In this document: positions 51,176 through 61,697 of the stretch, one piece after another | How the letters are laid out: each line of letters starts with the position of its first letter | How positions within the stretch are numbered: the first letter of the stretch is position 1 | Assembly: GCA_910583985.1 (NCBI GenBank) | Contig: CAJTYA010000013.1 | Span: 6,655-70,654, forward strand | Origin: an uncultured Alistipes sp. | GTDB taxonomy: Bacteria > Bacteroidota > Bacteroidia > Bacteroidales > Rikenellaceae | DNA length: 64,000 bases | Reading direction: 5' to 3' | Translations under genes and position numbers: made by a program | The notes under the pieces: generated by a model | The model's input: only the letters and a program-made list of their open reading frames with translations | What the model was told of the DNA's origin: nothing | Database searches by the model: none

Positions 51176-52480
51176 ATGATTAAGGTACTGAAATTCGGAG
51201 GGACCTCGGTCGGATCGGCCGGCAACATGAAAAGAGTAGCGGAAATCGTCCAGCGCCAACCGGCCCGGATCACCGTGCTCTCGGCCATGTCGGGCACGAC
51301 GGACGCTCTGGTAAAAATAGCGGCAGCGGCGGCAGCCGGCGACACCGAAACGGTGGAGCGGCAACTGGCGATGCTGACCGAGAAGTACACCGCATGTATC
51401 GAAGGCCTGCTCGTATCGCACAGGGAGGAAGCGACCGAGCGCATGCGCACGGCGTTCGACACGATCCGGCGCGAAGCGGCCGCCTTCGAGGAATACCGCT
51501 CGGAGCGGATCGTCATCGCACAGGGCGAGCTGCTCACCTCGGCCATCTTCACGCTCTACCTCAACGAATGCGGCATGAAGGCCGTCTGCCTCCACTCGCC
51601 CGACTTCATGGTGACCGACAGCGAAGAGAAAGTCGATACGGAACGCATCCGCCGCGCGTTGGCCGGCGTGGCCGCCGATCCGGATACCTACTACGTGGCA
51701 CAGGGATTCATCTGCACCAACGCCCGCGGCGAGATCGACAACCTCGGCCGGGGCGGCAGCGACTACAGCGCCGCGCTGATGGGAGCCGCCGTCGACGCCG
51801 CCGAGGTACAGATATGGACCGACATCGACGGCATGCACAACAACGACCCGCGTTTCGTCGAGCACACGCATCCCATACGCAACATGAGCTTCGACGAAGC
51901 GGCCGAGCTGGCCTATTTCGGAGCCAAGATCCTGCATCCGGCCACCATCCAGCCCTGCAAGGACCACGGCATCCCCGTCCTGCTCAAGAACACGATGGAC
52001 CCCGAAGCGCCGGGTACGACGATTTCGAATCGCGACGACGACTCGAAATCGTTCCACGCCGTGGCCGCCAAGGACGGCATCACGGTGATCCGCATCCACT
52101 CGGCCCGCATGTTGATGGCCTACGGTTTTCTGCGGAAGGTTTTCGAAATCTTCGAACAGTACCGGACGCCCATCGACATGATCACCACCTCGGAAGTGGC
52201 CGTGTCGCTCACCGTGGACAACGACGCCCACATCGACGACATCGTCCGCGAGCTCGGTGCGCTCGGTTCGATCGAAATCGAACGCAACAACTCGATCGTC
52301 TGCGTGGTGGGACGCATGGAACACAGCGACGCCGGACTGGCCGCCAGCGTGTTCCACAGCATCCGCAACATCCCGATCAAAATGATCTCCTACGGAGCCA
52401 GCCACCGCAGCATGGCCATGCTCATCGAAACCGAATACAAGCAACGAACGCTTCAGAGCCTCAACGACAGCCTGTTCTGA
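51176..52480 (+). CDS. lysC: Aspartate kinase
   Basis: KFGGTSVG, SAMSGTTD, LGRGGSDYSA, ELAYFGAKILHP, ACT domains. Confidence 0.95.
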   Translation: MIKVLKFGGTSVGSAGNMKRVAEIVQRQPARITVLSAMSGTTDALVKIAAAAAAGDTETVERQLAMLTEKYTACIEGLLVSHREEATERMRTAFDTIRREAAAFEEYRSERIVIAQGELLTSAIFTLYLNECGMKAVCLHSPDFMVTDSEEKVDTERIRRALAGVAADPDTYYVAQGFICTNARGEIDNLGRGGSDYSAALMGAAVDAAEVQIWTDIDGMHNNDPRFVEHTHPIRNMSFDEAAELAYFGAKILHPATIQPCKDHGIPVLLKNTMDPEAPGTTISNRDDDSKSFHAVAAKDGITVIRIHSARMLMAYGFLRKVFEIFEQYRTPIDMITTSEVAVSLTVDNDAHIDDIVRELGALGSIEIERNNSIVCVVGRMEHSDAGLAASVFHSIRNIPIKMISYGASHRSMAMLIETEYKQRTLQSLNDSLF

Positions 52481-52481
52481 T

Positions 52482-53639
52482 ATGGGAGCACGCGAATACA
52501 CCGGACGGCTGGCCGGTCTGCCCACGCCGTTCTATTTCTACGACATGGACCTGCTGGACCGCACGCTCCGCACGGCCGGAGAGGAAGCGGCCCGCTACGG
52601 CTACAAGATACACTACGCCTTGAAAGCCAACTTCGATCCCCGCATCATGGCGGCCGTCAGGGCGGCCGGATTCGGCGTGGACTGCGTCAGCGGCAACGAA
52701 GTGCGTGCCGCCGTCGAAAGCGGATTTCCCGCTTCGGAGGTGGTATTCGCCGGCGTGGGCAAGAGTGACCGCGAAATCGAGTACGCCCTTTCCCAAGGCA
52801 TCTTCTCGTTCAACTGCGAATCGCGCGAGGAGCTCGAAGTCATCGACGCCATCGCCGGACGCATGGGCCGGACGGCCCGCATCGCCCTGAGAATCAACCC
52901 GGACGTGGACCCCAAAACCCACCGTCACATTTCGACCGGAAAGGCGGACAACAAATTCGGCATATCGTACACCGAAATCGACGAAGCCATCGCCTCGCTC
53001 GACAAGCTGCGCCATATCGACATCGTCGGCCTGCACTTCCACATCGGATCGCAGATCCGAGACATGCGGGTCTTCGAACGCCTCTGCGAGCGGGTCAATG
53101 CGATCAAGGCGTGGTTCGCCGGGCAGGGGATCGTCCTGCGACACCTGAACATGGGAGGCGGACTCGGCATCGACTACGACGCGCCGGATGCGGAGCCGGT
53201 GCCCGACTTCGCATCCTATTTCGACGTCTTCGCCCGTTGCCTCGAAACCGAACCCGGACAGACCGTCCACTTCGAGCTGGGACGTTCGCTCGTCGGCCCA
53301 TGCGGAGAGCTGGTCGCCCGCGTGCTCTACAACAAGACGACGGGGGCGGGATCGAAGGTCGTCATCCTCGACGCCGGAATGACCGACCTGATCCGCCCGG
53401 CCCTCTATGACGCCCGGCACAGCATCGAGAACCTCACCTCGCAGGCCGCACCGCAAACCTACACCGTCGTGGGTCCGATCTGCGAATCGTCCGACACGTT
53501 CGCCGAACGCATCGAGCTGCCCGCCACCTCGCGCGGCGACCTGCTCGCCATCCGCTCGGCCGGCGCCTACGGCATGGCGATGGCCTCGCGCTACAACCTG
53601 CGCGACCTTCCCGGCGCCGTGTACAGCGACGAGCTCTGA
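52482..53639 (+). CDS. lysA: Diaminopimelate decarboxylase
   Basis: TPFYFYD, YALKAN, HFHIGSQI, NMGGGLG, ELGRS, IRPALY, GPICESSD, AGAYG. Confidence 0.95.
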   Translation: MGAREYTGRLAGLPTPFYFYDMDLLDRTLRTAGEEAARYGYKIHYALKANFDPRIMAAVRAAGFGVDCVSGNEVRAAVESGFPASEVVFAGVGKSDREIEYALSQGIFSFNCESREELEVIDAIAGRMGRTARIALRINPDVDPKTHRHISTGKADNKFGISYTEIDEAIASLDKLRHIDIVGLHFHIGSQIRDMRVFERLCERVNAIKAWFAGQGIVLRHLNMGGGLGIDYDAPDAEPVPDFASYFDVFARCLETEPGQTVHFELGRSLVGPCGELVARVLYNKTTGAGSKVVILDAGMTDLIRPALYDARHSIENLTSQAAPQTYTVVGPICESSDTFAERIELPATSRGDLLAIRSAGAYGMAMASRYNLRDLPGAVYSDEL

Positions 53640-53778
53640 ATCCCACGACACCCCTCCGGCCGAAAGTCCGCCCGAATGTTTCCCGGTCCGAGGGACATCT
53701 CCCGACCGTCCGGAGGCCGATCCGTCCACTAAAGAACGCCTCCCCGTTCGGAACGGCAACCGAGGGAGCAAGATTGAA

Positions 53779-53815
53779 AAACGAGGGCTCGAATCCGTAA
53801 GATTCGAGCCCTCGT
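53779..53815. terminator. 16-bp inverted repeat between convergent lysA and floA
   Basis: AACGAGGGCTCGAATC-CGTAA-GATTCGAGCCCTCGTT. Confidence 0.6.
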
Positions 53816-53959
53816 TCTCTCCCTCCGACAGCGAGATCCAACGTCCCACAGACTGAAAAACAAGGGTTGCCGACCTCGGACGGACGGTCCCTTTGCCGAA
53901 CGAAAAAGCGGGCGTCCGGCATATCGGACGCCCTCTGTACGGGAAGCGTGCTTCACGCT

Positions 53960-54928
53960 CTATTTGCTCTTTTCGGGCTTGACGATGCCTTCCCTCATGC
54001 GGGTGTCGGCCTGAATGTTCTGGAGTTTGTAGTAGTCCATTACGCCCAGATTGCCGTTGCGGAACGCTTCGGCGATGGCCATCGGGATTTCGGCCTCGGC
54101 CAGAATCACCTTGGCGCGGGCTTCCTGCGCCTTGGCCATCATTTCCTGTTCGAGCGCCACGGCCATGGCCCGTTTCTCCTCGGCCTTGGCCTGCGCAATA
54201 TTCTTGTCGGCGTTGGCTTGGTCCATTTGCAGGAATGCGCCGATGTTCTTGCCCACGTCGATGTCGGCGATGTCGATGGAGAGGATTTCGAACGCCGTAC
54301 CGGCATCGAGTCCCTTTTCGAGCACGACGCGCGAAATGAAATCGGGGTTTTCGAGCACCGTCTTATGCGAATCGGAAGAACCGATCGACGAGACGATCCC
54401 TTCGCCCACACGGGCCAGCACCGTATCTTCTCCCGCTCCGCCGACCAACTGCTTGATGTTGGCACGCACCGTCACGCGGGCCTTGGCGATCAACTGAATA
54501 CCGTCTTTGGCCACGGCCGCCACGGGAGGCGTGTTGATGACTTTCGGATTGACCGACATCTGCACGGCTTCGGCCACGTTGCGCCCGGCGAGGTCGATGG
54601 CCGCCGCCATCCTGAAATCGAGCGCGATGTTGGCTTTCTGGGCCGAAATGAGCGCCGTCACGACGTTGGGCACGTTGCCCCCGGCCAGATAGTGGGCCTC
54701 CAGATCGTTCGCCGAGAGGTGCAGCCCCGCCTTGGTTCCGGCCACGAGCTGGTTGACGATCACCGAAGGCGGCACCTTCCTGAAACGCATCAGTACCAAC
54801 TGCACCAGACTGATGCGGACGCCGGAAATCAACGCCGAGAACCACAGCCCGATGGGGATGAAGTAAAAGATGAACCACAATACCACCAGCGACACGAACG
54901 CGATGGCGACCCAAATTCCCAATTCCAT
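53960..54928 (-). CDS. floA: Flotillin-like protein FloA (YqfA/UPF0365)
   Basis: [65 protein letters not shown]. Confidence 0.94.
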   Translation of the reverse strand: MELGIWVAIAFVSLVVLWFIFYFIPIGLWFSALISGVRISLVQLVLMRFRKVPPSVIVNQLVAGTKAGLHLSANDLEAHYLAGGNVPNVVTALISAQKANIALDFRMAAAIDLAGRNVAEAVQMSVNPKVINTPPVAAVAKDGIQLIAKARVTVRANIKQLVGGAGEDTVLARVGEGIVSSIGSSDSHKTVLENPDFISRVVLEKGLDAGTAFEILSIDIADIDVGKNIGAFLQMDQANADKNIAQAKAEEKRAMAVALEQEMMAKAQEARAKVILAEAEIPMAIAEAFRNGNLGVMDYYKLQNIQADTRMREGIVKPEKSK

Positions 54929-55036
54929 AATACTACGATATTGTTTTTAATGTTATTTCCTTCATCCGTTTTTCCGCACCGGACAGACGCCATGCGCATT
55001 CTCCGGGTTTCGGCGCCCGGCCGAATACCGACGAGC

Positions 55037-55549
55037 TCAGCCCACGGCTTTCCTCTCCTGCGGAACGCCGATCGGGGCCATACCGTCCCGGAGTCCCCGC
55101 ACGACGACGGCCGTATTGTCGTAGCCGATCACCTCGATACGGGTCCGGGGATCGAGATAGGCATCCATCGCCTTGGCTTCGAGCGTATGGTCTCCTATAC
55201 GGACCTTGCCCATCGGCGCCAGACGGGTCAGCGTCTCGCCCTGCTGCCCGATGCGGATGTCGTTCTGCTGCGGGGTAGGGGTCGAGGCGGAGTCGATCGT
55301 AGACTTGAGCGACAACCGTTGCCACGTATTGGCCCGGAGCGACACGACGACGGCGGCAGCGCAAAGGATGACGATGGCGGCCACGACGAGCGAACCGCCC
55401 AGAATGCCGAAACGAACGAATCCGCACACCGCTGCAGCGACCAGCGCCGCAAAAGCGCCGATGCCCGCCACGCTGATGCCCGGCAACAGGACCAGCTCGG
55501 CCACTAACAGCAACACGCCCACGACGATCAGCACGACGATCAATCCCAT
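55037..55549 (-). CDS. NfeD family protein (short form)
   Basis: Hydrophobic N-terminus (AELVLLPG..GIG); C-terminal OB fold IGQQGETLTRLAPMGKV; upstream of floA. Confidence 0.88.
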   Translation of the reverse strand: MGLIVVLIVVGVLLLVAELVLLPGISVAGIGAFAALVAAAVCGFVRFGILGGSLVVAAIVILCAAAVVVSLRANTWQRLSLKSTIDSASTPTPQQNDIRIGQQGETLTRLAPMGKVRIGDHTLEAKAMDAYLDPRTRIEVIGYDNTAVVVRGLRDGMAPIGVPQERKAVG

Positions 55550-56224
55550 AATTGTCTCGATTTTTGTCGGACTCTTCCGAAAAATAGACAAATTTTCCGG
55601 AATTTCAAAACGCAGTCCGACCGATTACACCTCATTGTCTTTATTTCTCAACGCCTTGCGCGATCTTCTTTCCCGATTTCGCGCTCCCGGAGTACACGAT
55701 CCGGCCGCCGCATCCTGAAACGGGGAACGGAACCGAGGCCGGCTCCCGAACAGACGAGCCCTCTCCGTTCCGATTCCTCCGGCATCGTCTTTCGGCGGTT
55801 GCGGGAACGATGCCACCTCCGTCGAAACCTCGACCGGTTCCGGCAACGGCGTGTTTTCGGCTCATGCTCCCACGAACCGAAACAAAACGGCGACAGAACA
55901 GCCGAAACAAAAGACGGCCAGCGACCTTCCCGACGGGATCGTACGGACCTCGCCCGCCTGCGTTCCGGCAAGGACAGGGAGGTCGGTCGCCCACGCTTCC
56001 GAAAGCCCGACCGGGGGGCAGGCATCCCGCATACTCCGGACGGCGAACGATACCCGAAAACGGACGGAGGAAAATGCTGCGGGCCCCACGCGGTGTCCGA
56101 ACGGACGGTCTCCCGCTTCCGATCGTACGACCATGTTCCGAAACCGGCCGCTCCGACCGTACCGCAGACAAAGGCCGTACCGAAAAAACTGCCGCAGCAA
56201 CGAGGCCCCCGCCGGCGAACGGAA

Positions 56225-57832
56225 TCACTCCAGCACCTCGACCTCGGCGATTCCTTCCTCCACCGCATTGATTTCGCCGCACAGCGCATCGGCCTCCTGC
56301 CGGCTGTCGAAATTGCCGATCGTATAGACGATGCTGCCGTCGTCGGCCGCACCGCGCGCTAATGTCAGTTCCTGCTCGGACGAACGGGCATCGGCGATTT
56401 CCCGAATCCGTTCGCCGAGCGATTCGCCCTGTCTCACGATGCGGACCCGGTAAAGCGTTTCGGACGAACGGTCGGACGAGGCGCTTTCGCCCCCGATCAT
56501 TTCGAACTCGCCGTTGCGCCATACGACGATCTCCGGTTTACGGAAACCCATTCCCCGGAGCTCGGCCAAAGCGGCTTCGGCCTCGGCCAGTTCCCGGAAC
56601 GCCCCCGCGCAATAGCGGTAGCGCCCCTCCTCGGTCTTATCGTAGCAGAGCGGCGAAACGCCCTTGAAAATCGAAACCGGTTGCTTCTGCGTGAAAGCCC
56701 CCAGTTGGATGCGGTAGACCGTTCCACGCTGCTGCGTCTCGTTTTCGGGAATCGGATTGCGGCTGTTGTACACCGAAGGAGAATGCCTTTCGACGGGAGC
56801 GTATACGATGAAAATCCGTTCTTGGGGAGCGATCGCGGGCAGCGCGTAAGACTGCGTGTCGGCCTGCAGGGCGGCGATGCAGCGCCGGAGCGAGTCTTCG
56901 GCCGCCGAATAGCCGAGCAAACCGGCGAGCGTCCGTTCGTAGTCGAGCACCAGCCTCCTCTGCAACGGATATTCGAACAGCACCGCCGATGCGACGCTGT
57001 CCTGCACCGCGGCGACCGCCTGCCGGTTTTTCTGGAAACGCTGTCCGAACTCGTCCAGCAGTTCGGTCTTTCCCATCTTGTCGAGCAGATAGTTGTAGGC
57101 ATAGACCTTGTCGTCGTATATGCCGGACCAGACCCGCGTGAGCGAATCCTCGACGGCCCGGTTGAGCGAGGCGACCGACCCGATCATCGAATAGACCACC
57201 TCGGCCTCCACACGAGAGCTCATCGTATCGTACTGCCGCGCGAGCGAATCCAGCTTCCGGTAATTGGACCGGTACAGGTCGATCCATCGCCCCGGCTCGG
57301 TCTCGCGGCTCCGCGCTTCGAGCAGCGCATCGTAATCCTGCTGCGGCAGATTTTCGCGGAAATAGGCATTGCGGACCAGATCGGCGGACTGACCGGCTGC
57401 GGGGCCGGGCACGACGACCGGAGCGTCCGCACCGTCCTGCGGCTGCGGACCGTTCATGCGGCTGACGATAAACTCCTGCTCGATGGAGCCGATTTCGTTG
57501 GCCGTCACACCGATCCTGTTGCGTATTTCGAACAGCTCTTTTTCGAGCCGCAGAATTTCGGCGCTGTGCTTTTCACGCTCGGACGACGGCAGGTCGGTCG
57601 AAAACAACTTGCGCGTGTCGCCGATAATCCTCACCACCGAATCCTCGGTCCGATGCAACTGCGCCTCCCGGACCAGAAGCGCCATATATTCCTTATTGCT
57701 CTCCAGTCCGGCCACACGGGCACCGACCTGCTGTGCCGACACGGAAGAAGCCGTCAGGCAAAGCATTCCCGCCACCCGGACGCCCCACAGGGAAGCCCGT
57801 TTCCACATATCCACACTTTTCGATGTGCTCAT
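56225..57832 (-). CDS. Secreted coiled-coil protein with C-terminal SPOR-like domain(s)
   Basis: Signal peptide; YRIQLGAF...YRYCAGAF..LAEAEAALAELRGMGF; ATGA overlap with the trkH stop. Confidence 0.75.
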   Translation of the reverse strand: MSTSKSVDMWKRASLWGVRVAGMLCLTASSVSAQQVGARVAGLESNKEYMALLVREAQLHRTEDSVVRIIGDTRKLFSTDLPSSEREKHSAEILRLEKELFEIRNRIGVTANEIGSIEQEFIVSRMNGPQPQDGADAPVVVPGPAAGQSADLVRNAYFRENLPQQDYDALLEARSRETEPGRWIDLYRSNYRKLDSLARQYDTMSSRVEAEVVYSMIGSVASLNRAVEDSLTRVWSGIYDDKVYAYNYLLDKMGKTELLDEFGQRFQKNRQAVAAVQDSVASAVLFEYPLQRRLVLDYERTLAGLLGYSAAEDSLRRCIAALQADTQSYALPAIAPQERIFIVYAPVERHSPSVYNSRNPIPENETQQRGTVYRIQLGAFTQKQPVSIFKGVSPLCYDKTEEGRYRYCAGAFRELAEAEAALAELRGMGFRKPEIVVWRNGEFEMIGGESASSDRSSETLYRVRIVRQGESLGERIREIADARSSEQELTLARGAADDGSIVYTIGNFDSRQEADALCGEINAVEEGIAEVEVLE

Positions 57833-59274
57833 TTTCTCCAACGGATCAAAAACAATTGTAAAAAACCGAATATTTCCAAACGTCCCAACAACATGAGAAC
57901 CGTACAAAGCACCTTGACCGCTGCCGGGAAACCGCCGAAATTATTCATCGAGCCGGCCTGACCGAATCCCACCCCGACATTGCCCATGCTGGCGGCGGCC
58001 ATACTGAAACTCGTTTCGAGATCGAGTCCGAAAGCCGCTATGAAAATCGTCCCCAGAGCGAGCAGCGCCCCATACAGCAGGATGAACAACACGGCCATAT
58101 CGACCATCGAGGCATCCTGTATCACACCGTTGAGCTTCACGCGGATGACGGCATTGGGATGTTGGCGCCGGATCATCATCGCCCGGATCGCCTTGAACGA
58201 CAACAGCACCCGGTCGCACTTGACGCCGCCCGCCGTGGACCCCGCGCATCCGCACTGTATCATCATAAGGAGCATCAGAATGACCGACAGAGACGGCCAC
58301 GCCGACGAATCGGCCGTGGCGAAACCCGTGGTCGAAGCCACCGACACCACCTGAAAGAGTCCGTAGCGCAGCGAAGAGCCCAACGTAGGATAGACGCCCG
58401 AAAGCCACAGACTCAGCGTCACGAGTAACCCCGCTCCCAGCAGAGAAGCGATGTAATAACGGCCGATCTCCGATTTGAACAGGTTGTTGCTCTTGCCGGT
58501 CATCGTGGCGAAGATCAGGCCGAAGTGCAGCCCCGAAACCGCCATGAAAAACAGGACGATCGTTTCGATCCACACGCTGCCGAACGTGGCGATGCTGGTA
58601 TTGCGCGTACAGAACCCGCCCGTGGCGATCGTCGAGAACGAATTGCAGACGGCATCGAACCAACTCATGCCGGCGATGCGGAGCAGGATCGTCTCGGAAA
58701 CCGTCAGTCCGAGGTAGACGACCAGCAGAATCTGGAGAATCTTCTGGGTCCGGTACTTGAAGTTGTCCTTGGCCATCGACGAGAGCTCCACGCTCGAAAG
58801 GCGCATCTTGGTCGATCCCATCGACGGCAGCACCACGAGCACGAACATCACGACGCCCATACCGCCTAACCAGTGGGTCGAAGCCCGCCAGAAGAGCATC
58901 CCCTTGGGCAGCGCCTCCACATCGCTCAGAATCGTCGATCCGGTGGTGCTGAACCCCGAAACGCTCTCGAACCATGCGTTGACGAACGAAAATTCCCCGC
59001 CCCAGAGCACATAGGGCAGCATGCCCGCCAGACACGACATGAGCCATGCGCCCGTCACGACGGCATAGCCCTCCTGACTGTTGACGGAGCCTCCCTTGGA
59101 AACGAAGATGAGCGGGAACGCCCCCAGAATCGACGTCAGCAGAAAGCTCTGCAACAGCGGATAGAATCCCGTATCCATCCCGTCGAGCAGCGACACGCAG
59201 GCCGCCAGCAGCATAAAGACCGCATCGAGCAGCAGGATCAACCCTATGTATCGGAGAACTATATTCCAGCGCAT
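57829..59274 (-). CDS. trkH: TrkH family potassium uptake permease
   Basis: FESVSGFSTTGS, WLGGMG, TIATGGF, STTGF, GCAGSTAGGVK, GNVG, LGRLEIF. Confidence 0.94.
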   Translation of the reverse strand: MRWNIVLRYIGLILLLDAVFMLLAACVSLLDGMDTGFYPLLQSFLLTSILGAFPLIFVSKGGSVNSQEGYAVVTGAWLMSCLAGMLPYVLWGGEFSFVNAWFESVSGFSTTGSTILSDVEALPKGMLFWRASTHWLGGMGVVMFVLVVLPSMGSTKMRLSSVELSSMAKDNFKYRTQKILQILLVVYLGLTVSETILLRIAGMSWFDAVCNSFSTIATGGFCTRNTSIATFGSVWIETIVLFFMAVSGLHFGLIFATMTGKSNNLFKSEIGRYYIASLLGAGLLVTLSLWLSGVYPTLGSSLRYGLFQVVSVASTTGFATADSSAWPSLSVILMLLMMIQCGCAGSTAGGVKCDRVLLSFKAIRAMMIRRQHPNAVIRVKLNGVIQDASMVDMAVLFILLYGALLALGTIFIAAFGLDLETSFSMAAASMGNVGVGFGQAGSMNNFGGFPAAVKVLCTVLMLLGRLEIFGFLQLFLIRWRK

Positions 59275-59277
59275 AGT

Positions 59278-60030
59278 CTATTCGTTCCGTCGGCTTTTGA
59301 GCTGATCGATCAGCGATTCGATATACTCCTTGAGCCGGTACACCTCGTCGCGCCCCTCGACGGTCACCTTGAACGGAATCCGGGAGTTGAGATAGGCCTT
59401 GAGCCCGCCGGTGATCCTCAGCACGGGGTCGATGTAGTACAGGTTGATGAAATAGTAGAATATGCCGACGATCACGATGGCGATCAACAGCGCGACGAAA
59501 CCGGGTATGGTCGCCCGATAGGCATTGTCTTCGAGTCGTTTGGCCTTGGTGTCCATCGCCCGCTGGGAGGAGACCATGAAATTCTTGATCGACGAGGTCA
59601 GCGCCGAGTACGACGTCTTGTAGATTTCGACGAACCCGCCCATGTTATCGTGCGTGAGACTGTCTCGCAGATAGGAATTGACCACTTCGTTGTAGCGGAT
59701 CGACGCGGCATAGATCGAATCGACGCGCTGCAAATCCCGGATCGCGGTTCCGGCTTCGCCGACGGCCGTCTCGAACCGCTGCCGGCCCGCCACGAGCAGC
59801 GAATCGCTGTTCCGGGTACCGGACACGATCATCTGGAGCAGCGCCGTATTCTGGTCCTGCACGGCGTCGAGCATCGTTTTGGACAACTCCATGTTCCGCA
59901 GGCTGGCCCCCAGCATGCTCTGCGTGGAAACGCTGAGCCTGTTGAGTTCGAAGTAGGATATGACACCCGAAAAGAAAAGCAGCAGCCCCAGCGACAGGAA
60001 GCCGAGCCTTATTTTTTCTCTTATTCCCAT
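59278..60030 (-). CDS. Four-helix-bundle (4HB_MCP-like) membrane sensor with HAMP-like tail and no output domain
   Basis: IREKIRLGF-TM, helical periplasmic region, second TM, then YIDPVLRI...GRDEVYRLKEYI and stop. Confidence 0.7.
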   Translation of the reverse strand: MGIREKIRLGFLSLGLLLFFSGVISYFELNRLSVSTQSMLGASLRNMELSKTMLDAVQDQNTALLQMIVSGTRNSDSLLVAGRQRFETAVGEAGTAIRDLQRVDSIYAASIRYNEVVNSYLRDSLTHDNMGGFVEIYKTSYSALTSSIKNFMVSSQRAMDTKAKRLEDNAYRATIPGFVALLIAIVIVGIFYYFINLYYIDPVLRITGGLKAYLNSRIPFKVTVEGRDEVYRLKEYIESLIDQLKSRRNE

Positions 60031-60061
60031 AATTCAAACGCTCCGCAATTGGACGGAACGG

Positions 60062-60232
60062 CAAATATACAAATATATTCGTCGAGAAGAACAGCGAAAA
60101 TCGGGCGAAAGCCCGGTTCGCAGCGGCACACAGCCGATTCTCTGAAACAAATATACGAAAATATATTTGACGAAAAGAAAAGCGAAGGTCGGACGAAGTC
60201 CGGTCCGCGACGGCGAAGCCGGTTCTTCGAGT
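60062..60232 (+). repeat. Tandem array B: two ~85 bp promoter/hairpin repeat units
   Basis: Units at 60062 and 60148: CAAATATAC..ATATATTYG.CGARAAGAA.AGCGAA..RTCGGRC-GAA(A)-GYCCGGT.CGC..CGGC..GCCG.TTCT. Confidence 0.85.
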
Positions 60233-60268
60233 AGCCCGGAGCGCGGCGGTGCGCTTCCGCTCTCTATT

Positions 60269-61567
60269 TTATCCGATGATCCTCGCTTCCATCGTATCGC
60301 CTTCGGAAAGAAGCAGTTCCACACGGGAGAGGGTATTGATTTTCGAACGGTCGTAGGGCGCCCGCACTTTGATGTAGTTACCCGTATAGCCGAACATGTA
60401 CCCCCCGCGCAGCGTACTCTCCCACAGCACCGTCTCGACCCGCCCCGCATGGCGCGCGCAGAAATCCGCGTGCAGCCGACCCGAAAGCTCGCCCAGCCGC
60501 GCAGCCCTGCGCTCGGCCGTCTCCGGCGGTACGCGTCCGGGCAGCTCCGCCGCCGGCGTACCGGGACGGACGGAGTAGGGGAACACGTGCAGAAAGGCCG
60601 GAGCGATCCGTTCGAGAAAATCGTAGGTACAGGCGAAATCCTCCTCGGTCTCGCCGGGAAAACCCACGATGACGTCGATGCCGAGAAACACGTCTGGCAT
60701 CGCCCGACGGACCGCCGCGATGCGCTCGGCGAACCGAGCCGTATTGTACCGGCGCCGCATCAGGGCGAGAATCCGGTCGCAGCCGCTCTGGATCGGAATA
60801 TGGAAATGGGGCTGGAAACGCCGCGACGAGGCCGTGAAAGCGATGATCTCGTCGGTGAGCAGATTGGGCTCGATGGACGAAATCCGGTAGCGGTCGATCC
60901 CCTCCACGCCGTCGAGCGCCCGCAGCAGATCGAGGAACGATTCGCCGGTGGTCCGGCCGAAGTCGCCCGTATTGACGCCCGTGAGCACGATTTCGCGCTG
61001 CCCGCTGCGCGCGATGGCCTCCGCCTCGGCGACCAGATCGGCAATCGGCATGTTGCGGCTCACCCCTCTGGCCAGCGGAATCGTACAGTAGCTGCACCGG
61101 TAGTCGCATCCATCCTGCACCTTGAGGAAAGAACGCGTCCTGTCGCCGCTCGAAAAGGCGGCGAAGAACCCGGTCAGCTCCTCCGCCTCGCAGGCATGGA
61201 CCGCGGCGCCCGACTTGCCTTCCAGCGCCGCGACGCGCCGGTAGACGGACCCTTTGTCGCCGTTGCCGATCACCAGATCGACCCCCTCGATCGCGGCGAT
61301 GCGTTCGGGGGAGAGCTGGGCGTAGCAGCCCGTGACGGCCACTAATGCGCCGGGATTCTCCCGGATGAGACGCCGCACGAGGTTGCGGCACTTCTTGTCG
61401 GCATGCTCGGTGACCGAACAACTGTTCACCACGCATATATCGGCCTTCTCGCCCGGCTGCGCGCGCCGAAACCCTCCCTGCTCGAACTCGCGGGCGATGG
61501 TGGAGGTTTCGGAAAAATTCAATTTGCATCCCAGCGTACAGAATTTCACTTTTCTCTCGGACGACAT
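60269..61567 (-). CDS. mtaB: tRNA t6A37 methylthiotransferase
   Basis: TLGCKLNFSE, NSCSVT, VTGCYAQ, RTRSFLKVQDGCDYRCSYCTIP, RISSIEP, TRAM domain. Confidence 0.93.
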   Translation of the reverse strand: MSSERKVKFCTLGCKLNFSETSTIAREFEQGGFRRAQPGEKADICVVNSCSVTEHADKKCRNLVRRLIRENPGALVAVTGCYAQLSPERIAAIEGVDLVIGNGDKGSVYRRVAALEGKSGAAVHACEAEELTGFFAAFSSGDRTRSFLKVQDGCDYRCSYCTIPLARGVSRNMPIADLVAEAEAIARSGQREIVLTGVNTGDFGRTTGESFLDLLRALDGVEGIDRYRISSIEPNLLTDEIIAFTASSRRFQPHFHIPIQSGCDRILALMRRRYNTARFAERIAAVRRAMPDVFLGIDVIVGFPGETEEDFACTYDFLERIAPAFLHVFPYSVRPGTPAAELPGRVPPETAERRAARLGELSGRLHADFCARHAGRVETVLWESTLRGGYMFGYTGNYIKVRAPYDRSKINTLSRVELLLSEGDTMEARIIG

Positions 61568-61697
61568 GGTCTTCTCTTTTTTCGGATTCGGGGACAAATG
61601 TACGAAACCGGCGGCGAATTTTAACACGTAAAAATGCGCCCGCAGGCGGGACTTTTCGGCAAAAACGCGTAGTTTTGCGTCTCACTTTCCCGCAGAG

